A DNA stretch of 63,751 nucleotides, counting the filler, from Reticulomyxa filosa (lineage: Eukaryota; Protista; Foraminifera): assembly GCA_000512085.1 (NCBI GenBank). It is 21 parts of 21 records of this genome, joined end to end, with 100 filler letters (N's around TTAATTAATTAA, not from the genome) between each part and the next. Parts side by side here need not be neighbours in the genome. Positions count along the whole stretch, not along the records: positions 28,582 to 42,030 come from ASPP01006922.1; positions 42,131 to 44,039 come from ASPP01005433.1; positions 44,140 to 47,566 come from ASPP01021980.1; positions 47,667 to 48,867 come from ASPP01044553.1; positions 48,968 to 49,971 come from ASPP01042341.1; 16 more parts are not named here. One strand, given 5' to 3'. The position numbers and the translations under genes were made by a program. Positions 36,693 through 50,071 of this stretch are shown piece by piece. The number at the start of each line of letters is the position of its first letter. The stretch's first letter is position 1. A model generated the notes under the pieces. It did not search any database. It was not told the DNA's origin and saw only the letters and a program-made list of their open reading frames with translations.

Positions 36693-39340
36693 GCAACAAC
36701 AACACACTCCAAAAAAAGGAACAAAAGCACGAGTGACCACCTCGGCATGCAGTGATGATTGGTACGACGAGTTTTACAAACTGTTCGAACTCGTGGACTA
36801 CAAAGAATGGACTATCGATCAACATCGATGCATTCAACACTCCTCCGAATTCAATCGGTATTGCGAGTGCGGAATGCCTTTGGTCAGTCACGACTTTTGC
36901 AGCGCCAAAGGAGAAATAGAGTCCGAGTATTCCGATGCCTTCTTCTGCAACCTCTGTGAGGAACAACGTTCGGGCATGTTTCTTCGCTGTGCCGCGGGCT
37001 TGCAATGTTCGAAACATGAACTTGGCTACGACATATGTAGCGAATGTCTTTTCAAATGTTTGAAAGTTTGTGTATATTCCCCATTGTGCATGAGAGATGT
37101 GATCACGAGTGTTGATTTCATTACTTTTTTTTTTTTATATAGCAACTCACTTTGGACGTGCTGTGTACGTGTCAACGACCATTGGTGCCAGGAACCATAC
37201 AAGACTTGGAAGAGATTCTTTGCACGAGTTGTGATATACATATATACTATATATAGTATATATGTATATGCTCTTGTCAATTTTTGAACACATTAAATAC
37301 AGTTCGCACAGACGCAAAAAAAGACAATGATAGCAAGACGCTCTCTCATCCTTCATTCGTTTCCTCACCCTGTCCATTGGAAAAACAAAAAAAAACCAAG
37401 TTGCGTTGTCGACTGTGCCAACAGGAAATTAGCTCCGCAAATGGAGATCGCTATCTTTGTTATTGTCCAGTTCAATCGTTCCATTGTCGTCGCTATTTCA
37501 CATCCAAGGAAGTTCCATACGTGCTTTGTTTGTCGTGCGCGTTTAGTTTTCCAGTTGCGTTTATTCCTTTTATCTGTCGTCTAACCCCTCCTCTATTTGT
37601 GCAATGTGTGATGCATTGCAACACAGTGGAAAAGTCTGCCGTGTGACTGCGGGATGATGCTGCATTGCACGTTGGTCTGCGATTGGATTTATCGCGACGA
37701 CGGCTGTCCACAAGACCAAAAGTGTCCTGAACAAAAGCCAATGTCTTTTTTCTTTGAAAAGGCAAAAGAGATTTTGATGCGCGATGCTACCAACAAAGAC
37801 ACGATCATGATTGAGAATCCGACCGCAGATGTGCATATTGATATCAACGCTAACAAGTGTGAACAGACTTTGGGCAGGAAAAAAAAAGTAACCGCTTTAA
37901 CACAAAAACCATTACGCTATTTGAAATGTAACGACGATAATTGCTCCAATGGCAATCGTTGTATTTACGAAAATGAATTTGTTTTCATGTGCAGCAATAA
38001 AATCAAACATAAGAATGCTTATCATTACAAATGTCCACAATGTGCATTACGCCATGTTTTGTTCTTTGTCTTCAATCAAATAAACACAAACATCCTTTTT
38101 TATTTACAACATATACATATAACAAATATACACAAATAGAAATATACACAGTCGATAACAGCCAATGTAAATCTCGACGCCGAAATTGCACTATTGTTTG
38201 TTGCTCACGACGGCGTGATGCAAGATAAGCTATGGAAAAACTGGCTAAAGGAGGACCCGGAGGTCGAAAAGAAGATTGGAGTTGCCATTCAATCCAACAA
38301 CAAGTTTGAGGAGGAAGGATGTTTAATCGATTTTGTAACGCAATATCGCATCGATGTTCGACAGAAGACCAAATGGGGAGGAATTGAGGTCCCTTTAGCC
38401 ATTCAGCGATCTTTGCAATTGACATTGCTTCGCTATCCCAAGGCCAAACGATTTTATGTTATCAGTGGTCGTGAGATACCCATTGTCTCAGCTCGACATT
38501 TGTTGCAAATGCCAGACTTGACACAATTGATGTGCGCTGCTGTAACGTCATCCCAATTCCGATCTCGATTGCTGTCCAAGAAAAAATGTCGCATTTATTC
38601 GCATCACGCTGCCATGTGTCTGCTTCGCGAACACGCCATCATGTGTTGCGTTGCCAACTGGGGAGAGCTGCTCGAGGGTTGCGACAAGATCTTTGAAGGC
38701 GTTGGCGCCTCCGACGAATTCATTTTCGGGACGACGTTGGCCGCGATGGGCGTCAACATTGAAAGAGATCTGTGGAGAGATGAAACCACTGATTTTGAAT
38801 TGCCTGCGCTCAAACCCTCTGAACAAATTCAACATCCCGTCACCTTTGACCATTTAGACGATCGTGTCAAACTTGTCAAGACCGGTAGTCACATGAAACG
38901 CGTGGGCACACTCAAGAAATCTTTGAAGGAAATCATCCTTGAAAAACATAAGGAGTGGAGAGAGTATGGATGGGGGTTTTCCTCCTGTTTCTTTCGCAAA
39001 GTTTCAAAGAAGGTCGAATTTGGCGATTTCAAGCCGTGGCAGGCTGGTGAACATGACCCACTACCTATTCCCAAAGAATGTGAAATCAGAGTTAAGTAAC
39101 GCTTACATTTCAACAATGCTTTCTGTTGTCATTCTTTTCTTGCGTTATCTCAACATATGCAAATAGTATGGTCACTCCGACATGAAGCGAATTCCATTTT
39201 TGGATCCTAAGACAGAAGGAAGAAGACTCACGAACTTACTCAAGAAATTAAACAAAAATGGAGACCAGTTGTTGTCTGAAGTGGTTATGTGCTCTGTAGA
39301 AGAAAAAGAACTGTGGCTGAAAAATGTTCAGTCACTTTAA
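35116..39340 (+). CDS. ~1166-aa protein: ILEI/GG-type domain, 3 Cys/His zinc-finger-like repeats, GT14-like (core-2/I-branching) glycosyltransferase; 10 exons
   Basis: Exons 35116-35409, 35479-35711, 35802-35868, 35962-36443, 36531-37065, 37143-37227, 37303-37553, 37627-38055, 38140-39090 and 39167-39340 join in frame with GT-AG introns (3501 nt). ILEI-type: RGHTVCVLNGFTG..FDTW, NDSG, LRKLG, REAYVFIG. GT14-like: IALLFV, TKWGG, RFYVISG.EIPI, SDEF.F.T.L. Confidence 0.78.
36658..36702 (+). repeat. (CAA)n poly-glutamine tract
   Basis: 15 Q codons, one of them CAG. Confidence 0.9.
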
Positions 39341-39659
39341 TTATTTAACACAATTTTTCGGTGAGGTCTTATTTATAAGATGAATATAAAAAACCGTTGT
39401 TGAATTCCGACTTGCATCTCTAACATTTCTTTTTTTTTGGTTGTCTAAAAAACTTAATTACCAATTTTCAAAATCTGTCGAAAGATTATTGTAATAGCAT
39501 ACAGCAGTGCAAGATTTTTTTTGGAAAAGTAAAGAGCGGACGTTCTTGTAAAACATAAATATGCTTATTAATCTGTCAAACTACTGTTTTCAGCAAAGGA
39601 TTTTTTACATTGTTTTTTGCTCCCAAAATAGTAACACTGATTTATTAGAAAAAATTGAT

Positions 39660-41906
39660 ATGACCTCGTTATCAAGCGGTACGAAATCTCCAAAGAAATC
39701 TTTTTGCTCTGAGAATAATGCTTCATAAAAGATAAGGGAAACTCCTACCACAACACACGAAACAAAAAATCACATTGCAGATGATACCAAAATTGTGTTG
39801 ACGGCAGCACAACAAGAAACCGTGTCTGTGTTGCTATCGATGGGGTTTGAGTTTGAGCAGAGTGTTTTGGCGGCTGAAATCTTTGGAAACCAGATCGAGT
39901 CTGCAATAAATTATTTGACAGAAATTGCAACATCGAACGGCAGTAATAGCAATGAGACAAACACACAACAAAAAGAAAGAGCAGCAGCACGGAGTGGAGA
40001 CAGCAATGAGAACAAAGAAATGGCAAAAGTGGAGCCAGATATGCGACAAAGTGAAGAAAAGCAACAGGAGAAGAGTGACAACATAGATTTGAGCGTGGAT
40101 GACGCATACATTTATGAGTTTTGCCACGTCCAAATACCACTGTGGATGCATCACTACTTTGGAAGTGTCCTGAATGACCCCGTTGCAACAGAGATGTCGC
40201 AAAAGCGAGATTCCAAACAGAGCGAAAGGGATGCAATGGATGTGTATGAGACACGAAGCAAAGAGAAACAAACGACTGACAACGAGGCCAAAATGAAACG
40301 TACAAATAACACAACAATTAATGCAATCGACAACTTTGCTGACGTCGACTCACAAGTTTTAAATATGTTTGGATGTGAATTGACTTGGCTTTGTTTCCAT
40401 TGCATTGCAAATAACACTCAAATGTAAAGCTGTGGCTCCACAAAGCGGCGTGGCTTGGTGACATCGAAGGCGTGAAGAACTTTCCCGACGATTTGGTCAA
40501 TTGCAAAGACTTCCATGGCAACACCCCTTTGGCAATCGCTGTTCGCATGGGAATGCCGGAAGTGGTGCACGCACTGTTGGAAAAGGGCGCTGATCCGCGC
40601 ATCGATTTGGACTGTGGATGGAACATCTTGCAGGAGACGTGCTTGTATCAACAAAAGCAATTGATCACTGACATGGCCATTCACATCATCCAATTGCGAG
40701 GCAATGAGTACGAAACGCAAAAACAGCGTCTGTTGGAGTCACTCCGAAATATCAAAGACTTCAAACTGGAAATCAAATGGCAAGTCACTGTTGAGTGTAC
40801 TTTTCTATTGTTTCAACAAATAATGGTCTGTTCAAATGCAAAAAAAAAAAAGATAGTCTTCGGTTCCATTAGTCACCAGTTTCTTAAAGAAATTTTCGGA
40901 CATTGAAAATTTCAAAATTTGGAAATCGGGCACAAAAATTCGTTTCGATTCTTTTGTTCGAGGTTTTAGTGCCACTGGAGTGCAAAAAGGACACTTGACA
41001 TTTCTGTTCAGTGAAGGGGATATAGTGACCATTGATCATGACAGAGGCACATTTGAAAATGCCATTCGCAAATATAAAAATCCAGACTTTGACGAATTGC
41101 AGAATTATATTCACTTTCTGATGTCCACAGAACAAGGAAGGCTAGTCTTGTCTTCGTCTCTATGCTCATTATATACATATATATGTATATAATATGTGTA
41201 TACATCCCTGCATATATTCTCACTCCAACTTGCTTTGATAACACGAATATAGAGCCTCTATGACTACCAACAAAACAACTTTCACACCGAAAAAGGATTG
41301 GCTGGGAAAACCCAAACATGAAAACGTAGAAGGATACGACTGCGATATCATGACCGTCTCCGGCTTGTGTTTTTCTGTGGTAAGTCAAAAAGAAAACTCT
41401 TTTTTCATTGAAAAAAAACAAAATGTGGTGTATTGATGATTAGATCGGTCCGTCGGAAGACAAAAAAAAATGGACACCCCCTAATTTTGATGACTATTTT
41501 TCAGAACAACACTTTAAAAAAAGAAACTCAAAACACACAAAAACCGCATTTTCTCCCACTAGCATTGTGCGTAAAGACCAACCAATTAATATCACTTTAT
41601 GGCAAAGTACAAAGTTTCCTCTTTGTCATAAAGACATTGAAGTTATCCTTGATGCTATTTCTATTGCCTCTGAAGACATGAAACGACTAGCGGATATCTT
41701 TCAAATTGAGTTCCAAAAAGGATTTCCTGTAAAATTAGGTTAATTCTTTATGTCTCTTTTTTCTCATTCACTTTTGGCCTGTTCTATTTGCTATAGATAT
41801 TCCAGTTGTTGTAGGTGTCTCCGCCAGCGTTACTTTCTGTAATTTTCAATGGGCTCATTCAAATGAGTCATTATTTCAAATACCAAGAAGCTATAGATCT
41901 GTTTGA
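39660..41906 (+). CDS. ANKRD13-family protein with N-terminal UBA domain, multi-exon
   Basis: UBA: LLSMGFE..AINYL. Ankyrin: HGNTPLAIAV..LLEKGAD..GWNILQE. ANKRD13/GPCR-chaperone region: IKDFKLEIKW, KIWKSGTKIRFD, FPL, GFPVKLDIPV..ASVTF, LFQIP.SY. Confidence 0.88.
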
Positions 41907-44464
41907 ACAAATCTTTCTTGTTATTGCTCTTTTGTTGCAAATTGAACTGTTTCGAGCGGAACACCATTTTTTCTATTTCATTTCCATACTTGCTGAATGT
42001 CCATATTTAATCAATTCTGTAGATTTTGTANNNNNNNNNNNNNNNNNNNNNNNNNNNNNNNNNNNNNNNNNNNNTTAATTAATTAANNNNNNNNNNNNNN
42101 NNNNNNNNNNNNNNNNNNNNNNNNNNNNNNAAAAATTTTGGAACCTCACTTTGTATTTTCACATTAGAACGATAATGCTTGTCACCTGTCAAAATATACT
42201 AAAAATGACCACTAATTTCAAAGATAAAAAATAAAAAATAAAAGTGAAGTGTCCCAACAAAGTCAGGACGTTAGAACAAATTATTTTTAATCGATTGGTG
42301 AAATTCCGGTGGAATAACTTTGATTTTTGACAAAGTTAGACTGCGATTGGTTTTTTTACAATAAAATTTGCACTATAACGAAAACTTTCCGGAGAATGAA
42401 TTTTGATGAGTGTTTATTGTGGATAATAAGGAATTGCAAATTATTTGAACAGAATGCTTGTTGTTTTTTTAAATTACTTTTTAGAAAGTTAGTTGTTAGA
42501 TATTTTTTTATGTTGGAAAGAAAATGAAAGGTTTTTTTTTTATTTACTGAAAATGACTACTATTATAATACATAAGTAATAAAAAATAAAATTGAAATTT
42601 TTAAACTATATCAATACGTTATGAAGAATATTTACAATTGGCTAGTGAAGAAAAGAAGATAACGGAGCTGTAATGTTTGATAAAATACTAATTGATTTGA
42701 ATCAAATTAAGATTGTTTTAAGTTGTTTTTTTTTCAATTGCTTTAAAAAAGATTTTAAAGTACGTTGATTATTTATTGATAAAATTGAAAATGAGAAATT
42801 TATTTAAGTTTTAAATGTTGAACGAAAATCCAAATTGGAATCTGTCATATACAACTTTCTTGAGTTGAACGATGATGACTATAATATCAAAACTAAAAAC
42901 AATGACGAAATAGATGTTTTGACTGTAATGAATGTAAAAGAAAATATAGTACTGTCATAGCTTTAAAACATTATACAAATGATGCATATGTGTGTACGTA
43001 TTGTAGCAAGTTAATTTTTTTTCTTTAAAAATTTTTCATTAAGTTTACAGCAGATCAAACTATGATTGACATATGTCTACTAATAATGTGCAATTTTAGC
43101 CACTTTCTTTTGCGTTATACTGACATTTGAATATTTATTATACAAAATTTCAAATATGTAAAATCTTAAACTATGCTTGATTTTATTTTCTTTTTTTCAT
43201 ATTAATTAATTGCAATCATACTATTGGTAGTCATAACAATTTGTATATAAGAGTCGTTGTCAAAAAATAAAATTCAGTATTCAGTGATTCTATTATTTGT
43301 TGAATCTTTAAAATCAATTTTCTTTATATATTTATATAATTAAATTTTTTCTTTATTATTTACAGGAAACCAAATTTGAACATTAAAAAATATATAATTT
43401 TGAAATATTTAAAATATAATTATCATAATTATAGAAAAGTAAAATTTAGTATAAATAAGTTTAAGTAAAAATGATATTTGTTTCAATCATTCGCAAATTG
43501 TTTAGTTTGTGATAATTGCATATGTAGTAGTATCATGATGAAAAGCATTTGCTACAAAATAATGCAATTTGAGATTTCTTTAGATAAATATTGAACCTTT
43601 GAATTACTTGTTTAATTAACTTCTTTTTTTCTTAAGCTTTATGAATACTTAATTTCGCTTTTATTTAATCAGTAAATTATATAAAAAATGATTTCAAGTA
43701 TTCTACAAATTACACTATCAATATAACTGTTTTTCTAAATAGTACTAAAAGAAAAAATATTTGCATTATATTATCTGAATCCTGAGTTTTTTTACTGACA
43801 GTAAAATCTATTAACAGAAAAGTGTTTTTAAGGATCTGTATACAACTTGTTATGTCGACTTAAAATTGTCAAATTATTTATTCAACAAATGCTTTGCCTG
43901 AAGCAAAGCCAAATAATATGATAGACTAATATTGCAAATTAAATCAGGTTGATGTTGATGTCAAACTGATTATTAATTAACAAAAAAAATGAAAAAACAA
44001 TAATATATATGTTATACTTACATTCATTTCGTTTCCATANNNNNNNNNNNNNNNNNNNNNNNNNNNNNNNNNNNNNNNNNNNNTTAATTAATTAANNNNN
44101 NNNNNNNNNNNNNNNNNNNNNNNNNNNNNNNNNNNNNNNCAGTGCCCAAAAAAAAATGAAAAGGTATATTTTATTATTTTATTATTTTATTTTTTTTATC
44201 AATAAAATGTACGTTTGTGTTTTAATAGGCATGCCCCCACACAAAAAAAAAGAGTTTGTTCGTGCAAAAGAAAAAAAGTTAGGAAAATTGGAATCCGAGC
44301 TTTTAGCTCGAAAGCAAAAGTATGTTGATTTTTTTTTTTTTTAAATGAAAAAAACTGACTTGTGATGCGAAAATAGGAGTCGATATCGCAACGAATGTGG
44401 AAGTTTTTTTTTATTATTTATTTTATTTTTTATTTTTCTATTTGAAAGGTGGAAGGGAACATAT

Positions 44465-44714
44465 GGGAAAAAAGAATGGGAAAAAAGCTTTAGGAAAAAA
44501 GCATCAGGAAAAAAGCATTTGGAAAAAAGTGGTGGGAAAAGAGCATTGTGAAAAAAGCATTGGGAAAAAATTGTTGGGAAAAAAATGTTGGGAAAAAAGC
44601 GTTGGGAAAAAAGCTTTGGGAAAAAAGCTTTGTGAAAAAAGTGTTGGGAAAAAAGCATTGGGAAAAATTGTTATGAAAAAAGCGTTGGGAAAAAAGCATT
44701 GGGAAAAAGACAGT
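44465..44714. repeat. 14-bp minisatellite, consensus GGGAAAAAAGC(A/G/T)TT, ~18 copies
   Basis: Directly visible tandem array, followed by AAGATAGT(A/G)AAT repeats. Confidence 0.9.
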
Positions 44715-45395
44715 GAATAAGATAGTAAATAAGATAGTGAAAAGATAGTAGAAAAAAATGAAAAATAAATGGGAAAAATAGAGAAAAATTTATTTAAGGA
44801 AAGCCCAAAAGAATGAAAAAATTAAAAAAGATAGAAAAGAATAGAAAAAAGTAAAAGGGAAAAAGGGGGGAAATGAAAAGAAATAATGGAAAAGGAGGAA
44901 GCGCGAAATCTGTTAGCGCTGATCGTTAGAGATAGAATGAAGACCAACGTGAGTGGAGACTGGTCGATTATATCAAAGATTATTTTGTACGTGCGCATAT
45001 GCGCAACTTTGGATGCTATCATTGTTCTTATGATATATGAGTCGTTATCAACTAATACGACCAAGAATGAAAAAAAAATAAGAATACTACGACATCAACC
45101 ATTAGCTCGCAAATCAAAATATTGGTGATTGGAATTCTATAGTATATCGCTCAAAGTGGACGACATTGATATGGTGATTTCGCAACGGCTGCCGAAAAGA
45201 AGTAGAAAAAAAAAAGAACATTGAAGCGTAGGAAAACTTATCTGGCAATCGAGGAAGCCACTGCACTGGGAGAATGTTCTATATGAAGTGGCTCAACTTG
45301 GTGGAGATTGTGCGAAACTCCGTGAAGGTATTGACAGGCAAGAAGATAAATATGAGGAAGATGAGGAAAAAGATGGGAATGAAGAAAGAATCTAG

Positions 45396-46855
45396 CGTTG
45401 GATTGTTAAAAAAAAAAAATTGTCTCTAGATTTTCTAAGTGTGGTTGTGTATGGCTCTTCACGCCCGCAAGTGAAGACTTTGTGTTTCCAGACCCATACA
45501 CTACATTTCAATAGAACGCACGCCGATCAAAGACAATGACTAAGTCTGTGGAAATCCTTTGCAGTGGTCACGCGAACAATTGGAACAAACTTGACCATCA
45601 ACATATGTGCACACAAATCTCTGGCGCTGTGTCACTTCAACAGTCATCCGCAAAGAGGGAGTCGAGCTGCGATTTCCATGTTCTAACGAGCAATTGAAGC
45701 GCGATTGTTATAAAAATAGAGCTACTACTGGTATCGAAACTGGTCGTGACCGTGCACATATCCTCAACATTGGCTTTTTAGCCGTCTGTGTGCTACCAAT
45801 GGGAGAAATGATAAGATCGCGAGTAGCATAAGCATTAATGATTGTGAAAGTAGATAGAGAGAGAGAACTGGCTCAGTTCGGCAAAAGATTACCGTCACTT
45901 ATTCGACAGACGCAAGGCACTCGCCTGTTGCAGTGATGGTCTCCAAATCGACTGTGACCTACAGACGGGCGTGTTGGATGCGACGCAATTACTTTGTATT
46001 CGTTGCATTATCACAGTACGTGGAGAACATTGGAGTGCGAGTCGCTAAATTTAATTGGATTCGAGTCGACGTGGTTTTAAATTGTCGAGCTCAAACATCG
46101 TTGAAACCATGGTACTCAAAAACGCAAGAACGAATACGTCAAATAATGAAGAAAGAAATATGAATTGTACCGTCACTCAATCATTGAAACGCCCATGCAA
46201 ATGTTATCGAATGAATGCGTGATGATTAATGTAAAAATTTATAGGAACAGCCATTATCCAATGTCAGTGTGTGTCCTTTATCATAAGGGCGACGATAGTG
46301 GATGAGCTTCGTATTTTGAAAACATCCATCATATGATGGCATCGGAATAGTCGAAGAAAGATGCAATCAATTGAACTGGGAAATTTTTTTTCTTGGTAAG
46401 CTTGCTTTCGTAGTCGGGCAGCATCAAGGTCCAGAAAGAAAGGCTTCAAAATACCATGCAGAAAAAAAAACGATATCGACACACGGTATCATCACATAGC
46501 AGCGCCAGGATTGATTGAAAAAATGGAAAACAAAGAAAAGGGGGGGGGGATGTGGACGTTATAGAAACATCACATATGATGATCGAGTAAGCCACTCTCA
46601 CATGGAACTATTCTCCCGATGTTGTTGTGGCTCCAATTTGGTGGATTAATTCTGCGATACTCAAGTCAAGAACCATTAGCAAATAAGAAGGGGATGATGA
46701 TGTAGAAAAATATTGTTTCAAGGCCATATCGTCGTTGGAATTGTTTTAAAAAGAAAAAAAACGTTGTCAGTCGATGTACTTTGGTTATGGCTCTTCATTC
46801 CCACAAGTAGCGACTTTGCGGGTTCTTATCGTGGACTATTTCACATAGTACGCCC
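45396..46855. repeat. Diverged ~125-bp direct repeat pair (45396-45520 and 46732-46855)
   Basis: Shared CGTTGGA.TTGTT..A-run..TTGTC and TATGGCTCTTCA..CCC.CAAGT...GACTTTG. Confidence 0.6.
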
Positions 46856-48967
46856 CTCAAGTGAAGCTGCTGGATGGATGTGATAACGTCAAGTGCAGTA
46901 ATGACGACGACCACGAAATGCAGTCCATGTTCTTTCTACTCATTTGTCAATTATTCAATATATTGGACTGGCGTTTTGTGCTCCACAATATTTGGGTGCT
47001 ACTGCTGTTGGTTTGTGCGAAAGATAGCGAATGTTGTTGCACATTTATTGCAAAAAGTAACAAGGCCGTGTCAATTGATAAATGGATCGACGATTCAAAA
47101 ATTCGCTCTATTATTTGCCGAAAAAAACAAATGCTTGGATATTTGCAATGTATTGGTGGCGCTGAGCCCTGCTGATTGGATATTTAACAATATTTTATGT
47201 CAGCAGTGGAACCCCTCTCTCTTCTATCGTTTCACCTCTCTCATCTCAAAGACGCCGTCGCTGTGGATATGAGCTAATTGTTCGGTTATTAAAAATCGAA
47301 TCACTTAAATTCGAAAATTGGAATGGTCTGCCATTGACAAGACCGCCATCCAAAAAAGTAGTAGCTCTAGGGGAAGAGCCTTTCAATGATATTAGCTTCT
47401 CCCAATTGTTCCAAATAACGGGATGGTTGATGGAAGTATTGTCATTGAAACCAGCGCGCGTATTCCAACACAAGACTTCAAGATATTTTGTTGGTAATTT
47501 GTACGCTTGTCTCTTTCCGTTTCCTGACGCTATAATTCGTGATTGGGTCCATTGCCTGAAAAAGTTNNNNNNNNNNNNNNNNNNNNNNNNNNNNNNNNNN
47601 NNNNNNNNNNTTAATTAATTAANNNNNNNNNNNNNNNNNNNNNNNNNNNNNNNNNNNNNNNNNNNNAACAGCAATATGAACTCATCGTTGGTGTATGTAA
47701 TTGTATTGATAGTATTGCATGTATTAAATGCGATCGTGATGGTGTCAAACGTGAATAAAAGCAATTCGAGCGGAGACTTAACAAACGGACAAATATATTT
47801 GAAAAATCACAACATGGTCATATTAATGACATCGTGTGACATGTCGATCAATCAATATTTCAACAACGTTGTGAAACCAAAAAAGTGGAAATGCGTGCAA
47901 TGTGTAAAAGTCTACAATAACATAACAACTATTTCGGTAGTGCAAATTTCAAATAAGGAGTCGATGCACTTAGAAAACGAACGTATAAGTCTTCTTCAAA
48001 GCAAATCTATGATCAACACAATGCAATCCAATAAAAATTCATATGTCAAAGCAACGACCACAAATATATTCAAATCAACTTTGAGTATATCTTCGACATC
48101 TAATGAATCGACATTCAAAACGTTGATTTGCAGGTATATAACAGTGATAGAAATATTTAATTAAAAAAAAAGTTTATGAAAAAAAAAAGGGAGGTTTACG
48201 TATATCAAGAGACACTAATGTAAGTGATTGTATATATTATTAATTTTGTGAAAAATGAATTTTCTTAAAAAAAAACGAAAACAGCAATATGTTGGCAAGT
48301 GGTGAAGTAGAAGTAATTGCAAGCAAGACACCATCGAATGAAGATTACAAATTGCACAAACGATCAGGATCGAGCATAGAACTGAAGACATTATCATCAA
48401 TCAAATATTGCATGTGCTACATTGGAGCGAACGTAGAAATCAGACATCAATGCTATAAATTGTCGCAGCAAGTGTGCCGTTCAATCATCTCAATGTCAAA
48501 TCAAAATCCTAGCCAATTGTACGTTCACACGAAATCCAACATCAAGTACAGACGCTTAATACCGACAAATAAAATTTCACCAGCCATCTTGCAAGTGTTG
48601 TCCAAGACTGCAATGTTAAGTTGTTTTTTTTTTCTTCTTTTTTTTTATAAAAAAAAAAACGGACAAACAAAAAAAAATTTGTACAGATCGTATGATAAAG
48701 CAACTCACAAGAGTGTGTGCGAGTATGCGGTGGCATTGCCAAGTGAATGCGATGGACAATTACATATTGTCAGACCAGCTGCTATTGTTGATAGGAAGTG
48801 TGGCTGACAGTCCGTTGTCATGACCAAATGGCTCAGTACATGCCTTTAAGGCGACAGAAGCGCTGTTNNNNNNNNNNNNNNNNNNNNNNNNNNNNNNNNN
48901 NNNNNNNNNNNTTAATTAATTAANNNNNNNNNNNNNNNNNNNNNNNNNNNNNNNNNNNNNNNNNNNN

Positions 48968-49971
48968 GTGTATAAAGACCAACAAAATCAAAAGACACTG
49001 TGCCAAGTGGTCGTGATAACACCGGAAGACCAAAAGAAGATGGGCTTGCTGCAAGAAAAGTATCAGCGAATAACAGAGGATATAACGACAATCGATAAGG
49101 CGATGACGCAGTTGCAACAGAATCATGCGGAAAAGCAAGAGATAGTCGAGTCGATCACAAACGAACTGATCGAGAACATTACCAAATATAAAAAGGAGTT
49201 GCTGTTGTCGATGGAACAGTATGTCAAAGTCAAAGAAGAGCAGTTGCTGGGACACAAGCAGAAATTGATTGTTCTGGAAAAGCAGTTGAAACAATGGAAT
49301 GACGATTTGGTACAGTGCATGAGCGACCAATCGTTGAACCTCCCGCAACGAAAAAATAAAATCACTCAAATTATCGATAATCCAAACATTTCACAACTGC
49401 AATGGTCTAATCGACTGCCTTGTCATGTCGACATTCGTCTTGGATCTGACATTTTCTCCATTCTTCAAGTCGTTGTTGTTTTTTTTTTTCCAATGCTTTA
49501 AACTGAACATATATATATATATATATATATACATATATGTACGTGTATACATATATGAAATATTGTAGTTAGTACGTGACAAGATTAGAGTATTTGAAAA
49601 AGGGAGCCCACAAGTATTAAGAGCAAAACAAAAATTTGGAGGTACGATTGAGTTGGAGTGGAAAGATGAAGACTGGGACGACGATATAATGCGGGATCAG
49701 TATATGTATGAAGTGGAGTTGAGAGAAGACAAAGCCCCCAAGTATCAATGACAACGAAACGAAAACGAATGACAAGGACGAAGGAAAAGATGACTCATAA
49801 ATGGAATGGAAGAAAATTACAACAATCGAACGATGTGAAAAACAAAGCAAACATACAACGACAATCAACAGCAAAGACATTCCCTCTAACAAAATATGTT
49901 ACTTGCGAATGCGTGGCTGCTTTCTCTCACGCACTTTATGGACTCCATACAGTAATGTTATCTCCCTTTAC
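48968..49971 (+). pseudogene. TRIM-like coiled-coil plus FN3 gene fragment, apparently disrupted
   Basis: Long heptad coiled coil, then FN3-like IELEW..YMYEVEL..YLRMRG..WTPYSNVI. Frameshift near 49735 and TAA at 49798-49800 inside the FN3 region. Confidence 0.55.
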
Positions 49972-50071
49972 NNNNNNNNNNNNNNNNNNNNNNNNNNNNN
50001 NNNNNNNNNNNNNNNTTAATTAATTAANNNNNNNNNNNNNNNNNNNNNNNNNNNNNNNNNNNNNNNNNNNN

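Noticed and set aside
42131-44039. Very AT-rich contig as organellar or foreign DNA
   Set aside because: No ORF, RNA gene or repeat structure that I can support.
44341-44720. K/G-rich and F-rich ORFs on both strands
   Set aside because: Translations of the 14-bp minisatellite.
47667-48867. ORFs with KWKCVQC as a RanBP2-type zinc-finger gene
   Set aside because: The second Cys pair is missing and the frames are broken; no supportable model.
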